From positions 32,001 through 96,000 of the forward strand of contig JAGVFW010000013.1 in assembly GCA_020057405.1 (NCBI GenBank): 64,000 nt of DNA, in the 5' to 3' direction. The position numbers and the translations under genes are program-made. The notes beneath the pieces are model-generated. The model was given only the letters and a program-made list of their open reading frames with translations, was not told the origin of the DNA and searched no databases. The DNA comes from an archaeon (GTDB taxonomy: Archaea; Micrarchaeota; Micrarchaeia; Norongarragalinales; UBA97). Positions 18,795-28,577 of this stretch are shown here, piece by piece. Numbering within the stretch: position 1 is the first letter of the stretch; the number at the start of each line of letters is the position of its first letter.

Positions 18795-20041
18795 ACTTTA
18801 TGTTTAGGGGATACGACATCAGGGGCCTTTACGGCAGCGAAGTCACTGACGAGAAGTTCACTGCCCTAGGCCGGACGCTAAACGCTTTTGCAGGTCGGGA
18901 AATCATCGCCGGAATGGACTACCGGCCGGCAAGCGGCAAGCTCTTCAACGCATTTTGCAAGGGATTTTCAGGCACGGTTAAGTCGCTTGGCATCGTCCCA
19001 ACTCCCGCAGCGTCGTTTTCCTCACGGGGGTGGGGTATTGTATTTACTGCAAGCCACAACCCGGCCCAGTACGCGGGCGCCAAGTTCGTGCACTTGCAAA
19101 GAATGGCAAGCGAAGCGGAACTAAAGTCGCTTGAAGATGGTTACGAAAAGCAGTTGAAGGCCGGCGGTGCAGCCGGAAGTGCAAACGCGAAAGTAATTGA
19201 CTCCCCGGAATTGCTTGCGGCGTACATCGAATCTATTCCGGAAATGGGTAACGCGATTTTCGACTTGGGCGGCGGCTCCGCGTGCGCAGTCAAGCAATTG
19301 TTCGGCAAAAGGCTTTTTGATGTGCCCGACCCGAATTTCGAGAAGCACTCGCCCGAACCAAAGGACGAAACTCTAGGCGAGCTAAAGCGCGCGACGGTGA
19401 AGGAAAAAGCGCTTGGCCTGGCTTTTGACGGTGACGGCGACAGGTGCATGGTCGCCGCAGGCGGCCGCGTGATTGACGGGGGGATTATGGCCGCGTGGCT
19501 TTGCGAAAACCATTTCAAAAAAGGCGACCGCATGGTGATTAACATCGACTTTACGGACGAGGTCAAGTACTACCTCGCCGACGCGGGCTTCCGCGTTTCA
19601 GTCTGCGCAGTTGGCACGACAAACGTCGTTCACGCGGTGCTAAAAGAAAGCGCCGCGCTTGGCGCAGAGCGAAACGGCCACTATTATTTCCCCAAGCATG
19701 TGCCTGACAGCGATGGCATTTACGCCGCGGCGCTCTTCTCGCAAGCAACGGCAAAGGAAATCCAAGAGTTTGCGGCCCGGTTCAAAAGCGTGCTGATTAC
19801 GCAGGCGGTTGAGGGACCTGTGAACTTCATCAGGCTAAAGGAAATCTTGGTGCAGGACGAAAGCTTGCTTGAAACTAGCTTTCTAGACGGCGTTTACGCG
19901 CGCTTTGAGGACTTTACCCTGCTAATACGCGAGTCGAAGACCGAACCCAAAGTGCGCATTAACTCCGAAGGAAAAAACAGGGAAAACGCGCTAAAGGGAA
20001 TGGAGAAGGCAAAAGAAATGCTTGCCAAGTGCAGAGCCTAG
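18791..20041 (+). CDS. phosphohexomutase (PMM/PGM/GlmM family)
   Basis: FRGYDIRG, TASHNP, FDGDGDR, GAERNGH, RESKTEP. Confidence 0.92.
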   Translation: MNFMFRGYDIRGLYGSEVTDEKFTALGRTLNAFAGREIIAGMDYRPASGKLFNAFCKGFSGTVKSLGIVPTPAASFSSRGWGIVFTASHNPAQYAGAKFVHLQRMASEAELKSLEDGYEKQLKAGGAAGSANAKVIDSPELLAAYIESIPEMGNAIFDLGGGSACAVKQLFGKRLFDVPDPNFEKHSPEPKDETLGELKRATVKEKALGLAFDGDGDRCMVAAGGRVIDGGIMAAWLCENHFKKGDRMVINIDFTDEVKYYLADAGFRVSVCAVGTTNVVHAVLKESAALGAERNGHYYFPKHVPDSDGIYAAALFSQATAKEIQEFAARFKSVLITQAVEGPVNFIRLKEILVQDESLLETSFLDGVYARFEDFTLLIRESKTEPKVRINSEGKNRENALKGMEKAKEMLAKCRA

Positions 20042-20436
20042 GGCTTACGCAGGGGAACTTTTGAAGCCATGGCCAGGAAGTCTTTTGAAAGCGCTATACG
20101 ATAATGGCCGGCATTTACTTCAGTCACGGGCTCTGCTTTTGCGTGCCCCTGCGCTTGGAATCGCGAAAGAAAGGCACGGCCATTTGGCGTAGCGTCCCCA
20201 AAAAATATCTTGTTCCAGTGAGGGTGGGGCAGAAGGGCGTTTTTTGCATGAATCATTAGTTCAGTTGCAGCAGTGTGGCCGTAAGTCTCAAGAAAAGCTC
20301 TTGAAACCTCCCGATCGGTTTGGATATTTTCAATGTAGGCGGGATACGTTTCCGTCGGGCGGTTAAACGCAATCAGGCCGGCAAGCTTTCCGGAATGAAA
20401 AAGAAATAGCGTAAGCCTTTTCTTGCCAAGATTCAA
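20038..20436 (-). CDS. hypothetical protein
   Basis: 132-aa ORF with uncertain start. Confidence 0.4.
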   Translation of the reverse strand: MNLGKKRLTLFLFHSGKLAGLIAFNRPTETYPAYIENIQTDREVSRAFLETYGHTAATELMIHAKNALLPHPHWNKIFFGDATPNGRAFLSRFQAQGHAKAEPVTEVNAGHYRIALSKDFLAMASKVPLRKP

Positions 20437-20559
20437 ATACTCTTTGCGTTCAGTAGGCTCGAAATTCTGGGAATCAAAAAAACTCTTCGGCTAGCCGCTT
20501 CTCCTTGGGCGTTAGAGCGAATTCACTTTTAGCGTAGCTGATGGGCTTCGCTGCCATTT

Positions 20560-22479
20560 TCAACGCCGGTCCTCGATGTCCTTTGCCGTGCGCGCGATGA
20601 ACTCGTCGATGGCAATGCCTTCCTCGATTTTACCGTCGCGCGTGCGGACTGCGAGGCGGCCGCTTGCGGATTCCTTGTCGCCTACTACGAGCATAAGCGG
20701 AATCTTGCGCAGTTGCGCGTTGCGGATTTTCGCGCCCGTCTTTTCCTGCGAATCGTCAACTTGCGTGCGGATGCCTTTTGCGCGCATTTTTTCCGCCAGT
20801 TCGTTGCAAAATCCGTTGTGGCCGTCGTTGACGGGCAATAGCGTGACTTGCACTGGGGAGAGCCATAGTGGGAAGGCGCCGGCGTAATGCTCGATGAGAA
20901 CGCCGAAGAAGCGCTCGAAGCTGCCGAAAATCGCGCGGTGAACCATCACGCACCGGTGTTTCTTGCCGTCCTCCCCAACGTAAGTGACGTCAAAGCGCTC
21001 GGGGAGATTGAAGTCTAGCTGTATTGTGGTGCACTGCCACATTCTGCCGATGGCATCCTTGATTTTTATGTCGATTTTCGGGCCGTAGAAGGCTCCGCCG
21101 CCCTCGTCGACAACGTAAGCGAGCTTGAGGTCCTCAAGAGATGACCTTAGCGCGTTCGTTGCCTTCTCCCACGCGGCGTTCTCGCCCATCGCCTTTTCCG
21201 GCTTTGTCGAGAGGGTGATGACGTACTCGCTAAAGCCGAAGGTCTTGAGAACTTTTAGCGCAAACTGCAGCAAGTCGCGCACTTCGCCCTGGATTTGACC
21301 GGGCGTCATGAAGAGATGGCCGTCGTCTTGGGTAAAGCCGCGCACGCGGAAGAGGCCGCTTAGGACGCCCGAGAGCTCTTGTCTGTAGACCGTGCCGAAT
21401 TCGAAGTAGCGGAGCGGCAGTTCCTTGTAGGAATGGCTGCCGGTGTTGTAAATCGTGATGTGGCCCGGGCAGTTCATGGGCTTGATGCCGTACTCATTGC
21501 CGTCGATTTCGGTGAAGAACATGTTTTCCTTGTAGTTGTCGTAGTGGCCGCTAGTCTTCCACAAGTCGGATTTTATGAGGTGCGGCTGGTAGACGGGCAG
21601 GTAGCCGCGCTTGAGGTTCTCCTGTCGCATGAATTCCTCTAGTTGCGAGCGAATGATGGCGCCATTGGGGTGGTAGAGAATGAGGCCGCCCCCGACGGTG
21701 TCGCTCACGCTAAAGAGGTCAAGCTGCGTTGCAATCTTGCGGTGGTCGCGCTTGGCCGCCTCCTCGAGCATCGCGAGGTGCTCGTCAAGTTCCTTCTTTG
21801 TGGGATAGGCGATGCCGTAAATGCGCTGGAGTTGCTCGCGCTTTGCGTCACCGCGCCAGAAGGCGGCGGCGACTTTTGTGAGCTTGAAGGCTTTGAGGCA
21901 GCCCGTGTTGGGCACGTGGGGTCCCTCGCACATGTCGACAAACGGGCCCTGCTCGTAAAATGAGACTGACTCGAATGGAATGCCCTCAAGTATCTCGAGG
22001 CGGAAGCGGTTGAAGCTCTTCTTTTTCGCCAAGTATTTGGCTGCCTCGGCCTTGTGCATCTCGATTCTATGCACCTTGTAGTCGAGCTTGACGATTTCCT
22101 CCATCTTCGCCTCGATTTTGGCAAAGTCGTCGGGAGTGAAGGGAGTCGGCCGGAAAAAGTCATAGTAAAAGCCCTCGTCGATGGCGGGGCCGATGCCCAG
22201 GGCCACTTCGGGGTAAAGCTCGGCAACCGCCTGCGCGAGAACGTGGTTGACGCTGTGCCAGAAAACGCTCTTGCCTTCCGCGTCCTTGAAAGTGAGGATT
22301 TGAAGCTTGCAGTCTTTCTCGAGTTGGTGGCTCATGTCAACGAGCTTGCCGTCAACTTTGGCAGCCATGGCGGCTAGGGCCAAGCGCGGGCCGATTGCCT
22401 CGGCAACCTGCATGCAGGTGGAACCACGGGCCACTTCCTTTACTGCCCCGTCGGGAAGGGTTACTTTGACTTTGGACAT
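20560..22479 (-). CDS. thrS: threonyl-tRNA synthetase, bacterial type
   Basis: TGS domain, FWHS, GFYYD, DMCEGPH, RDHRK, KPMNCP, RVRGFTQDD, FYGPKID, QLDF. Confidence 0.97.
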   Translation of the reverse strand: MSKVKVTLPDGAVKEVARGSTCMQVAEAIGPRLALAAMAAKVDGKLVDMSHQLEKDCKLQILTFKDAEGKSVFWHSVNHVLAQAVAELYPEVALGIGPAIDEGFYYDFFRPTPFTPDDFAKIEAKMEEIVKLDYKVHRIEMHKAEAAKYLAKKKSFNRFRLEILEGIPFESVSFYEQGPFVDMCEGPHVPNTGCLKAFKLTKVAAAFWRGDAKREQLQRIYGIAYPTKKELDEHLAMLEEAAKRDHRKIATQLDLFSVSDTVGGGLILYHPNGAIIRSQLEEFMRQENLKRGYLPVYQPHLIKSDLWKTSGHYDNYKENMFFTEIDGNEYGIKPMNCPGHITIYNTGSHSYKELPLRYFEFGTVYRQELSGVLSGLFRVRGFTQDDGHLFMTPGQIQGEVRDLLQFALKVLKTFGFSEYVITLSTKPEKAMGENAAWEKATNALRSSLEDLKLAYVVDEGGGAFYGPKIDIKIKDAIGRMWQCTTIQLDFNLPERFDVTYVGEDGKKHRCVMVHRAIFGSFERFFGVLIEHYAGAFPLWLSPVQVTLLPVNDGHNGFCNELAEKMRAKGIRTQVDDSQEKTGAKIRNAQLRKIPLMLVVGDKESASGRLAVRTRDGKIEEGIAIDEFIARTAKDIEDRR

Positions 22480-22592
22480 AAGGTATTCTAGACTGGAAAG
22501 GTAGATAAAAACTGACGGTTGCAAGCCACTTAGATGAATGGGGGGTGCCGCACGCAATATATTTAAACGGCTGCCGATGAGTTTTAGGTGAT

Positions 22593-22973
22593 TTGATGAG
22601 CTACCCCAACTTCGTAACGCACGTTAGAGAACAACTGAAAGAACACCCTAAATTCGGGCCACGGCTAGACCAAGTAACACAACTACCGGGATCCACAAAC
22701 AGGCACGTAATCAGTTTCAAGGAAGGGACGAAACCGGCGACGGTAATAGCTGCAAAGAAATTTGTTGCAGGTCTTCTTTCGTCCACGGGACTGAAGGCTT
22801 CCAGAAAGGCAAAGAATGGCGAGCAGACCTGGGGTGTTCTCGTCAAACGAGAAGGAACCGCGGTGCACTTGCAGGCCTTTCCTAACGCAACGCTTGTCCA
22901 AAGCTCTCGGGCCGAAGTGCGCAGACGCTTTGAAAAAGGTAGGAACCGCACATTTACTGGCGAAGGGCTCTAA
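22593..22973 (+). CDS. hypothetical basic protein
   Basis: 126-aa ORF preceded by a TATA-like box and an AGGTGA SD. Confidence 0.55.
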   Translation: MMSYPNFVTHVREQLKEHPKFGPRLDQVTQLPGSTNRHVISFKEGTKPATVIAAKKFVAGLLSSTGLKASRKAKNGEQTWGVLVKREGTAVHLQAFPNATLVQSSRAEVRRRFEKGRNRTFTGEGL

Positions 22974-23026
22974 TAAAGAGAAAAAGAAGGACTCCCGCCG
23001 CATTGCTGCAGCGGGGGGAAAGGAGC

Positions 23027-23437
23027 TTACGCTCCCTCTTCGCCCGTGTCGTCGCCGGAGTTGTCAGAGGGGGCTTCTTCTGACTCAGTGGCTGCCGGTG
23101 CGGTTGAAGCCTCACCTGAGCGTTCGCCAACTGCAAAGCGGTTGAAGACGCGCGAGATGCGGATCTTCATCCTGTCTCCCTGGCGTGCGCCGGGAACAAA
23201 CACGACGAAATTGTTGACCTTGCCTACGCCATCACCGCGCGAGCCGACTGACTCGATGACGATGTCGTATTCCTGGCCTTCCTTGACGGGCTTCTCGAAG
23301 CTGCCGCCGCCGCTTCCACCACGGTCTCCACCGTAGTCTCCGCCACCGCCTCGACCACCGCCGCCATAACCGCGCGATTCGCCGCGGTCGCTGTCACGGT
23401 CTCTGCTGTGTCCGCCCCTGTCCGAATATCCTCTCAT
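23027..23437 (-). CDS. TRAM-domain RNA-binding protein with RG-rich N-tail
   Basis: KPVKEGQEYDIVIESVGSRGDGVGKVNNFVVFVPG. Confidence 0.92.
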   Translation of the reverse strand: MRGYSDRGGHSRDRDSDRGESRGYGGGGRGGGGDYGGDRGGSGGGSFEKPVKEGQEYDIVIESVGSRGDGVGKVNNFVVFVPGARQGDRMKIRISRVFNRFAVGERSGEASTAPAATESEEAPSDNSGDDTGEEGA

Positions 23438-23528
23438 GATTCCACACTCCTTATGTATTTCTTTTCTTTCCGTCCCCCTAAAGCTCCGGGGAACAGAAAT
23501 ATTGTGTCAAAAGCTCCTTTTATTCCTC

Positions 23529-24839
23529 TCATCCGGCCGCGAAGACGTTGTCCACAATCCACTCGGCGTCAAACGGCCTTAGGTCATCGTACTCCTGGCC
23601 CACGCCGATGAAAAGCACCGGCAGCTTCGTCTCGTAAGCTATTGAGAGGGCTCCGCCACCTTTTGCGTCGCAGTCGAGCTTTGTTAGGATGATACCGTCG
23701 AGCTTGATTGCCGAATTGAACTTCTTGACCTGCTCGACTAGCGCGTTTCCGGCTATTGCCTCGCCGACGAAAATCTTGAGGTGAGGATGCAGCACCCTGT
23801 CCATCTTCTCCATCTCTTTTACGAGATTGTAGTTCGTCTCCTGGCGCCCCGCAGTGTCGATTAGCACACAAGCGATGCCGTTTGCTTTTGCGTGCGCGAT
23901 TGCGTCAAAGGCGACTGCGGTTGGGTCGGCGCCATAAGCGTGCTTGACAACTCGGATGCCAAGCTTGTCGCCGTGAAGCTGCACTTGCTCGATTGCCGCG
24001 CGGCGGAAAGTGTCGCCGGCGGCGATGACTGTCGAAATTCCTTTGTCCTGCAAGTGCTTGGCGAGTTTTGCTATCGTAGTTGTCTTGCCGCTGCCGTTGG
24101 GGCCGACGAAGAGTACTATGCCGACCTCGCCTTTTGCCTTCACTGCTGCAAGGTAGTTGAACAAGTCAAACTGCTCGACCTTCATGGTCTTTAGAAGCGA
24201 CTCGCGCACGACTGCCTTGATTTCCTCGCCAGCGCGGGCTTTGTTCACGCGCTTTCCCGCAAGCCGCGAGCGCAGGTCGCTTGCAAGAAAGCTCGCCGCG
24301 TCGTAGGAAACGTCGCTCTCAAGGAGCGCCATTTCAAGCTCGTGTATCGCCGGGGCAACTTCCGCCCCAGTAAGCTCGATTTCGGGAGAGAAGAGTGAAG
24401 TGACGCGCTTTAGCAGGCCGACTTTCGGCGCGAGTTGGATTTCCTGCCTTTCGACTGGCCTTGCGGGAGCGACTTGCGCGGGCTTTAGGCGCTCGGGCTC
24501 GACGCGGGCGGGCGCCGATTGTTTGACAACGCTTTGGGCAGCAGGCGCGGGTTCGACGCGGGCTGGTTCGTAAACGGGCTTGGAAATTGGTGCGGGCTCA
24601 GGGTGGACTTGCTTTTCTGGAATTGCCTTGACTACGGCAGTGGGCTTTTCAAAAACAGGTTCTGGCTCGACTTGAATGGGTTCGGGTCGCGAAATTTCCT
24701 GTGCAATGGGCGGCCTCACCGCGGGCTTTTCCTCGGGCGCCGGCTTTGGCGCTATAGTTGGTTCGGTTGGCTTTTCCTCGGCCTTTCCGACAATAGAGCT
24801 TACGAAAGAGGAGAGCTTGTTGCGCAGGCTATCGAACAA
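23529..24839 (-). CDS. ftsY: SRP receptor FtsY
   Basis: GPNGSGKTTTIAKLA, DTFRRAA, DTAGR, TKLDCDAKGG. Confidence 0.97.
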   Translation of the reverse strand: MFDSLRNKLSSFVSSIVGKAEEKPTEPTIAPKPAPEEKPAVRPPIAQEISRPEPIQVEPEPVFEKPTAVVKAIPEKQVHPEPAPISKPVYEPARVEPAPAAQSVVKQSAPARVEPERLKPAQVAPARPVERQEIQLAPKVGLLKRVTSLFSPEIELTGAEVAPAIHELEMALLESDVSYDAASFLASDLRSRLAGKRVNKARAGEEIKAVVRESLLKTMKVEQFDLFNYLAAVKAKGEVGIVLFVGPNGSGKTTTIAKLAKHLQDKGISTVIAAGDTFRRAAIEQVQLHGDKLGIRVVKHAYGADPTAVAFDAIAHAKANGIACVLIDTAGRQETNYNLVKEMEKMDRVLHPHLKIFVGEAIAGNALVEQVKKFNSAIKLDGIILTKLDCDAKGGGALSIAYETKLPVLFIGVGQEYDDLRPFDAEWIVDNVFAAG

Positions 24840-24840
24840 C

Positions 24841-25242
24841 TTAATTCACGCCGGCTTTTTGAAGTTCGTCTACAAGAGCGTCGTTGCGGTCCATCAGTTT
24901 TTTGAGCTCAACCTGGATGCTGTTGGCGGCCTTGTCGACTTCGTCGAGTCGTGACTGCAGGATTACCGCCGTTTCTTCAGGCGTCTTTTCGGCAACCACG
25001 CCGGCGCCGATTTCGACGAGCACTTTTGCGCCGTCGCGGACGCTCGCGCGCACGAAGACGCCCGAGCCGATGGGAAAGAGGCTCTCGCCTTTTGAGGCGT
25101 CCTTGATGTTCTTGACTGTGTTTAGGGCGATTATGACGTCGTTTGTGAAGGACTGGAGTGACGAGAGCTGATGCTGGCCTTCCTCAATCTGGGCCTGGAT
25201 TGCGCGCATTTCCCTTATCTTGCGAGTAGTCTGTTCGTCCAT
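24841..25242 (-). CDS. pfdA: prefoldin alpha subunit
   Basis: LFPIGSGVFV..VLVEIGAGVVAEK flanked by coiled coils; conserved operon position. Confidence 0.92.
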   Translation of the reverse strand: MDEQTTRKIREMRAIQAQIEEGQHQLSSLQSFTNDVIIALNTVKNIKDASKGESLFPIGSGVFVRASVRDGAKVLVEIGAGVVAEKTPEETAVILQSRLDEVDKAANSIQVELKKLMDRNDALVDELQKAGVN

Positions 25243-25247
25243 GTGAT

Positions 25248-25913
25248 TTAATCGCCTCCAAGCGCTTCGTAAATCTTTTGCGTCTCAACACCACTCGTCA
25301 GGCCCCCAACGATGGCGCCGTTCGAATTTGCTACGACGCTTAGGGAATTAAAGTAAACGCCCATGTTGCTCGTGGTGTTGACGCCCTTGACGCCGAAAAT
25401 GTGCTCGAGCTTCTTTAGCTCAAGTTCGGTGAGCTCGTTGTAGGCCAGCAAGCCCTTGTTTGTCACAACAGTTGTTGGAGCGAGTGGGAATTCGCCAAAG
25501 CGCGGGTGGTGCACTTCGACGCCAAGGCAGTCGGAAAGCTTGCCGAGTTCAGCGCGCGGCATTTTCTCGCCAACCACGCCAGCGTGGTCGTTGGCGGCGA
25601 TGTTGTTGCCGGGCGAGAGCCGCTCGATTGTGCAGACGTTGAGCCCTGCCTTTCGCAGTTCTTTGCACTCGCGCTCGTCCGCAAAAGAAGGAAGCACTAC
25701 GCCGTTTGAGTTCATTGCGCAAAACACGCCCAGTAGCGGCGAGCTGTTGACAAAGAGCTTGAGGACCGGCACTGCGAGGGCGTCCTCTACCTGCTCGAGT
25801 AGTTTCGCGCTTATCGTGGGCGGTGAAAGCACGAGCCTATCGCTAGCGCGCAAGTACAAGCCAACGAAGGGATTGTTGTAAAAAGAGGCTTTATGTAACT
25901 TCACAGAAATCAT
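25248..25913 (-). CDS. eif6: translation initiation factor 6
   Basis: NPFVGLY, GVFCAMNSNG, NNIAAND, VANSNGAIVG. Confidence 0.92.
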   Translation of the reverse strand: MISVKLHKASFYNNPFVGLYLRASDRLVLSPPTISAKLLEQVEDALAVPVLKLFVNSSPLLGVFCAMNSNGVVLPSFADERECKELRKAGLNVCTIERLSPGNNIAANDHAGVVGEKMPRAELGKLSDCLGVEVHHPRFGEFPLAPTTVVTNKGLLAYNELTELELKKLEHIFGVKGVNTTSNMGVYFNSLSVVANSNGAIVGGLTSGVETQKIYEALGGD

Positions 25914-25923
25914 CACTTCGGAC

Positions 25924-26535
25924 TTAAGCGGGAGACGCCTTTGGCGCGGGCTTGACTTGCGCCTTTGCCGGGGCCGCGGGCTTTTCGGCTTTAGGGGCCT
26001 TGGGCGTTGCGGCGGGCTTGGGTTTAGCCTTTGAAGCCGCGCGCTGTGCGGCTTTCTTCGCCTTTCGGGTGGCTGCCTTGGCTTCATTCGCCTTCCTTAC
26101 GGCATCGTCTACGACGAGCGTCACGAGTGCGAGGCCGGCGTCGTCCTTTGCCACGTGCACTTTGACGTGCTTGGGCGGGTTGCGCGAGCCGCGCGCCAGG
26201 ATTAATGAGTTGATTTCGGTGCTGATGCGTACGTTCTCAAGCGCCGTTTTCGCGTGCCTTGCAAGAAACGCCTTTAGTAGCGACATTGCGCGGCGGCCGC
26301 GGTGCGAACGTGACTTTAGGTAGGCGTCCATGAGTGGGACGGTGTAAACGCGGTCGAGAACTAGCTTCTTTTTCTCTTCCTTCTTCTCGGAAGTCTTTGC
26401 CGGAGCGGCTGCCTTCACGGCGGGCTTTGCGTCTGCGGCCTCGGCCTTTTCCTTGGCTTCCTCGCGCTTTTGCCCCTGCTTGGCTACTTCCTGGTTTTCT
26501 TTTGCCTGTTGGATTGCTTCAACTTTGTCGGACAT
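25924..26535 (-). CDS. rpl31e: 50S ribosomal protein L31e with long Ala/Lys-rich extensions
   Basis: RVYTVPL, RAMSLLKAFLARH, INSLILARG.RNPP. Confidence 0.9.
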   Translation of the reverse strand: MSDKVEAIQQAKENQEVAKQGQKREEAKEKAEAADAKPAVKAAAPAKTSEKKEEKKKLVLDRVYTVPLMDAYLKSRSHRGRRAMSLLKAFLARHAKTALENVRISTEINSLILARGSRNPPKHVKVHVAKDDAGLALVTLVVDDAVRKANEAKAATRKAKKAAQRAASKAKPKPAATPKAPKAEKPAAPAKAQVKPAPKASPA

Positions 26536-26545
26536 TTTCAACCAC

Positions 26546-26710
26546 TCACTTGACCTTTAAATCTAGCTTCTTGCCGCGCCAGTGGCGCGCTTTCGGGTTT
26601 CTTGAGACCTTGCGCTTGGTCTTGGCAATCACGAATATGGGCAGGCGCCGGTTCTGGCGGAGTGCCTTTCCGAGCGCTCTTTTCTTTGCGTTAGACTTGC
26701 GTGCAGACAT
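26546..26710 (-). CDS. rpl39e: 50S ribosomal protein L39e (not in ORF track)
   Basis: My translation: [54 protein letters not shown]. Confidence 0.95.
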   Translation of the reverse strand: MSARKSNAKKRALGKALRQNRRLPIFVIAKTKRKVSRNPKARHWRGKKLDLKVK

Positions 26711-26715
26711 TTTTT

Positions 26716-26997
26716 TCATTTCCTCTCAAACGTTATCTTCGGCTCGCGTTTCTGCTCAAGCACGCGCGCCACAAGCGACTTTAGCTGCTCTTCCGACACT
26801 TTCCCGGAAATCCTTCCCTGCTGGTAGAGCGTCACGAGGAGCTGCACGAGCTGCTCGAACATGTCCGGGCTTGAAATCCTGATGTTGTTCAGGCGTTCGA
26901 GGGCCGGGGGTTCAAGCAGTTGTTGCAACACCATTTTGAGGCGAGCGTCCTGTTCCTTCCTCTTGCGAAAATCATCTTGCTCGGAAGAAGGCTCCAC
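26716..26997 (-). CDS. PDCD5-like dsDNA-binding protein
   Basis: [31 protein letters not shown]; operon position. Confidence 0.9.
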   Translation of the reverse strand: MEPSSEQDDFRKRKEQDARLKMVLQQLLEPPALERLNNIRISSPDMFEQLVQLLVTLYQQGRISGKVSEEQLKSLVARVLEQKREPKITFERK

Positions 26998-27006
26998 TTG
27001 CCCAAC

Positions 27007-27402
27007 TCACACCTTTAGCTCTGCAGCGACATGGTCGACAAGCGAACGGCCTGCGGGCGAAATGCTGCGGCCAATCTTTTCCTTCTTCACAAGCCCAGCC
27101 TTCTCAAGCTGCTGCATGGCAACGCGAATGAGCTTGCCGCCGGCTGGTCGGTGGTGGCTTCGGGAAACGACGTGCGCGTGCCTGCCGCCGTACTTGTGCT
27201 GCAAGCGTCGGACGCCGACGTTGTGAGTGTAAAGAGTGACTAGGACTGAAGCGCAGCGCTTGAACCAGAAGTCGGCCTCCTGGGGAGGGCGCTCTGCGTG
27301 GCTGCCGGTCTTGACGACAGCTGACCACGGGGGAATCTGGATGGCCTCCATACCCTGTAGCTTCTTGGCAATCAAATCAATGAACGCGTTCAAAACACAC
27401 AC
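27007..27402 (-). CDS. rps19e: 30S ribosomal protein S19e
   Basis: PPWSAVVKTGSHAERPP, RCASV, YGGR, QQLEKAGLV, GRSLVD. Confidence 0.95.
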   Translation of the reverse strand: MCVLNAFIDLIAKKLQGMEAIQIPPWSAVVKTGSHAERPPQEADFWFKRCASVLVTLYTHNVGVRRLQHKYGGRHAHVVSRSHHRPAGGKLIRVAMQQLEKAGLVKKEKIGRSISPAGRSLVDHVAAELKV

Positions 27403-27514
27403 TCTCCGTTAAGCAAATTAAACCGCTGCAAAAGGCGACTTACATAACACTTTAGCCTGCCAAGGCTTTAAATACGTTATTCTGGGGGGTGGGCGCAAGC
27501 CCCTGGCCGGCCCC

Positions 27515-27838
27515 TTACTTGCCGCTCTTCTTCCTTGCAGACGGCGCCCGCTTTGCCGAAAAGCCCTTCTTCGCCGCCGTTCCGCACTCGATGCAGATGG
27601 TGAGGAGGAGCTTTTGTGCGCCCAAGCGGGTTTTGGCGGTGAGGCCCGGCACCAGAGGCGCGCCACAGCCCTTGCAGGCAACGGCAGGCCCTAGCGGGAA
27701 GCGGTGGCGCATGGCAATGGCGCGGGCAAGGGAAACATAGCGCTTGGCGAGCCTCTTGTCGCCCGCGCGCCATTTCCCAACCGCCATGCGCAATAGCTCG
27801 ACGCACCGTTCCTTTGCAATCTGGTCTGCGGACTTCAA
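27515..27838 (-). CDS. rnp4: RNase P protein Rpp21
   Basis: IAKERC, RYVSLARAI, CKGC..LVPG, CIECG. Confidence 0.88.
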   Translation of the reverse strand: MKSADQIAKERCVELLRMAVGKWRAGDKRLAKRYVSLARAIAMRHRFPLGPAVACKGCGAPLVPGLTAKTRLGAQKLLLTICIECGTAAKKGFSAKRAPSARKKSGK

Positions 27839-27852
27839 GTTTTCACCGTTAG

Positions 27853-27999
27853 TGGGCCTACGGGGATTTGAACCCCGGCGCTCTGGTTGGCCTAGAAACG
27901 CGTCCGTTGCGGACGCGCGTCATATAAGACTTGCGCGAAAAAAGGGCGGGAAAACCAACCCCGTTTCACAGCGCTCTGGCCAGACTGAGCTATAGGCCC
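27853..27999 (-). tRNA. tRNA-Ile(TAT) with two introns (29/30 and 37/38)
   Basis: Exons 27999-27969, 27930-27923 and 27888-27853 join to give anticodon arm CTGGT-CTTATAA-ACCAG; both junctions fold into BHB motifs. Confidence 0.85.
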
Positions 28000-28040
28000 G
28001 TTGCAAGGAATATAATGCCTTGGCAGGCTAATTAATTCGT

Positions 28041-28538
28041 ATGGCTTTATCGAAGACCGGTCTCGGTTTGAAGGACGTCCTGACCCTAGCTAGCGCAGCC
28101 GCAGGCGTTGCCGCGATTTCGTTTGCGCTAAAAGGCAACATTCCAAACGCTTCGGCACTCATTGTCGCCGCCGCTTTTCTTGACTACGGCGACGGCGTTG
28201 TCGCACGCACTCTTTCAAGCGCAAACGAGTTTGGAAAACAGCTCGACTCGCTAGCCGACGCGATTAGTTTTGCAGCAGCGCCCGCGGTAATCGCACTTGT
28301 CCTCAATAACGGCCTGCCGTCGCTCATTGCGGCGATAGTCTACGCCATTGCGGGTGCGTATAGGCTCGCTCGGTTCAACGTGCAGAAAGAAAAAGGCGTC
28401 TTCCACGGCCTGCCCGCCCCCGCGGCGGGAGTGTGTTTTGCGGCTGTTGCGCTAGTCGCACCCGACTACGCGTGGATCTCGCTATTCGCGCTTGCGGCGC
28501 TCATGGTAAGCTCAATTGAGTTTAGGAAAGTCGGTTAA
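28041..28538 (+). CDS. CDP-alcohol phosphatidyltransferase (archaetidylserine synthase-like)
   Basis: DYGDGVVAR..FGKQLDSLADAISF, RLARFN, F.GLPAP. Confidence 0.9.
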   Translation: MALSKTGLGLKDVLTLASAAAGVAAISFALKGNIPNASALIVAAAFLDYGDGVVARTLSSANEFGKQLDSLADAISFAAAPAVIALVLNNGLPSLIAAIVYAIAGAYRLARFNVQKEKGVFHGLPAPAAGVCFAAVALVAPDYAWISLFALAALMVSSIEFRKVG

Positions 28539-28577
28539 ACGCCGGAAGTCGAACTTCGGTTTCTGCGGCTTTTTGAT

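Noticed and set aside
27961-27972. CTGTGAA read as a His(GTG) anticodon loop
   Set aside because: No anticodon stem forms; the two-intron Ile(TAT) model gives a perfect stem and two BHB motifs
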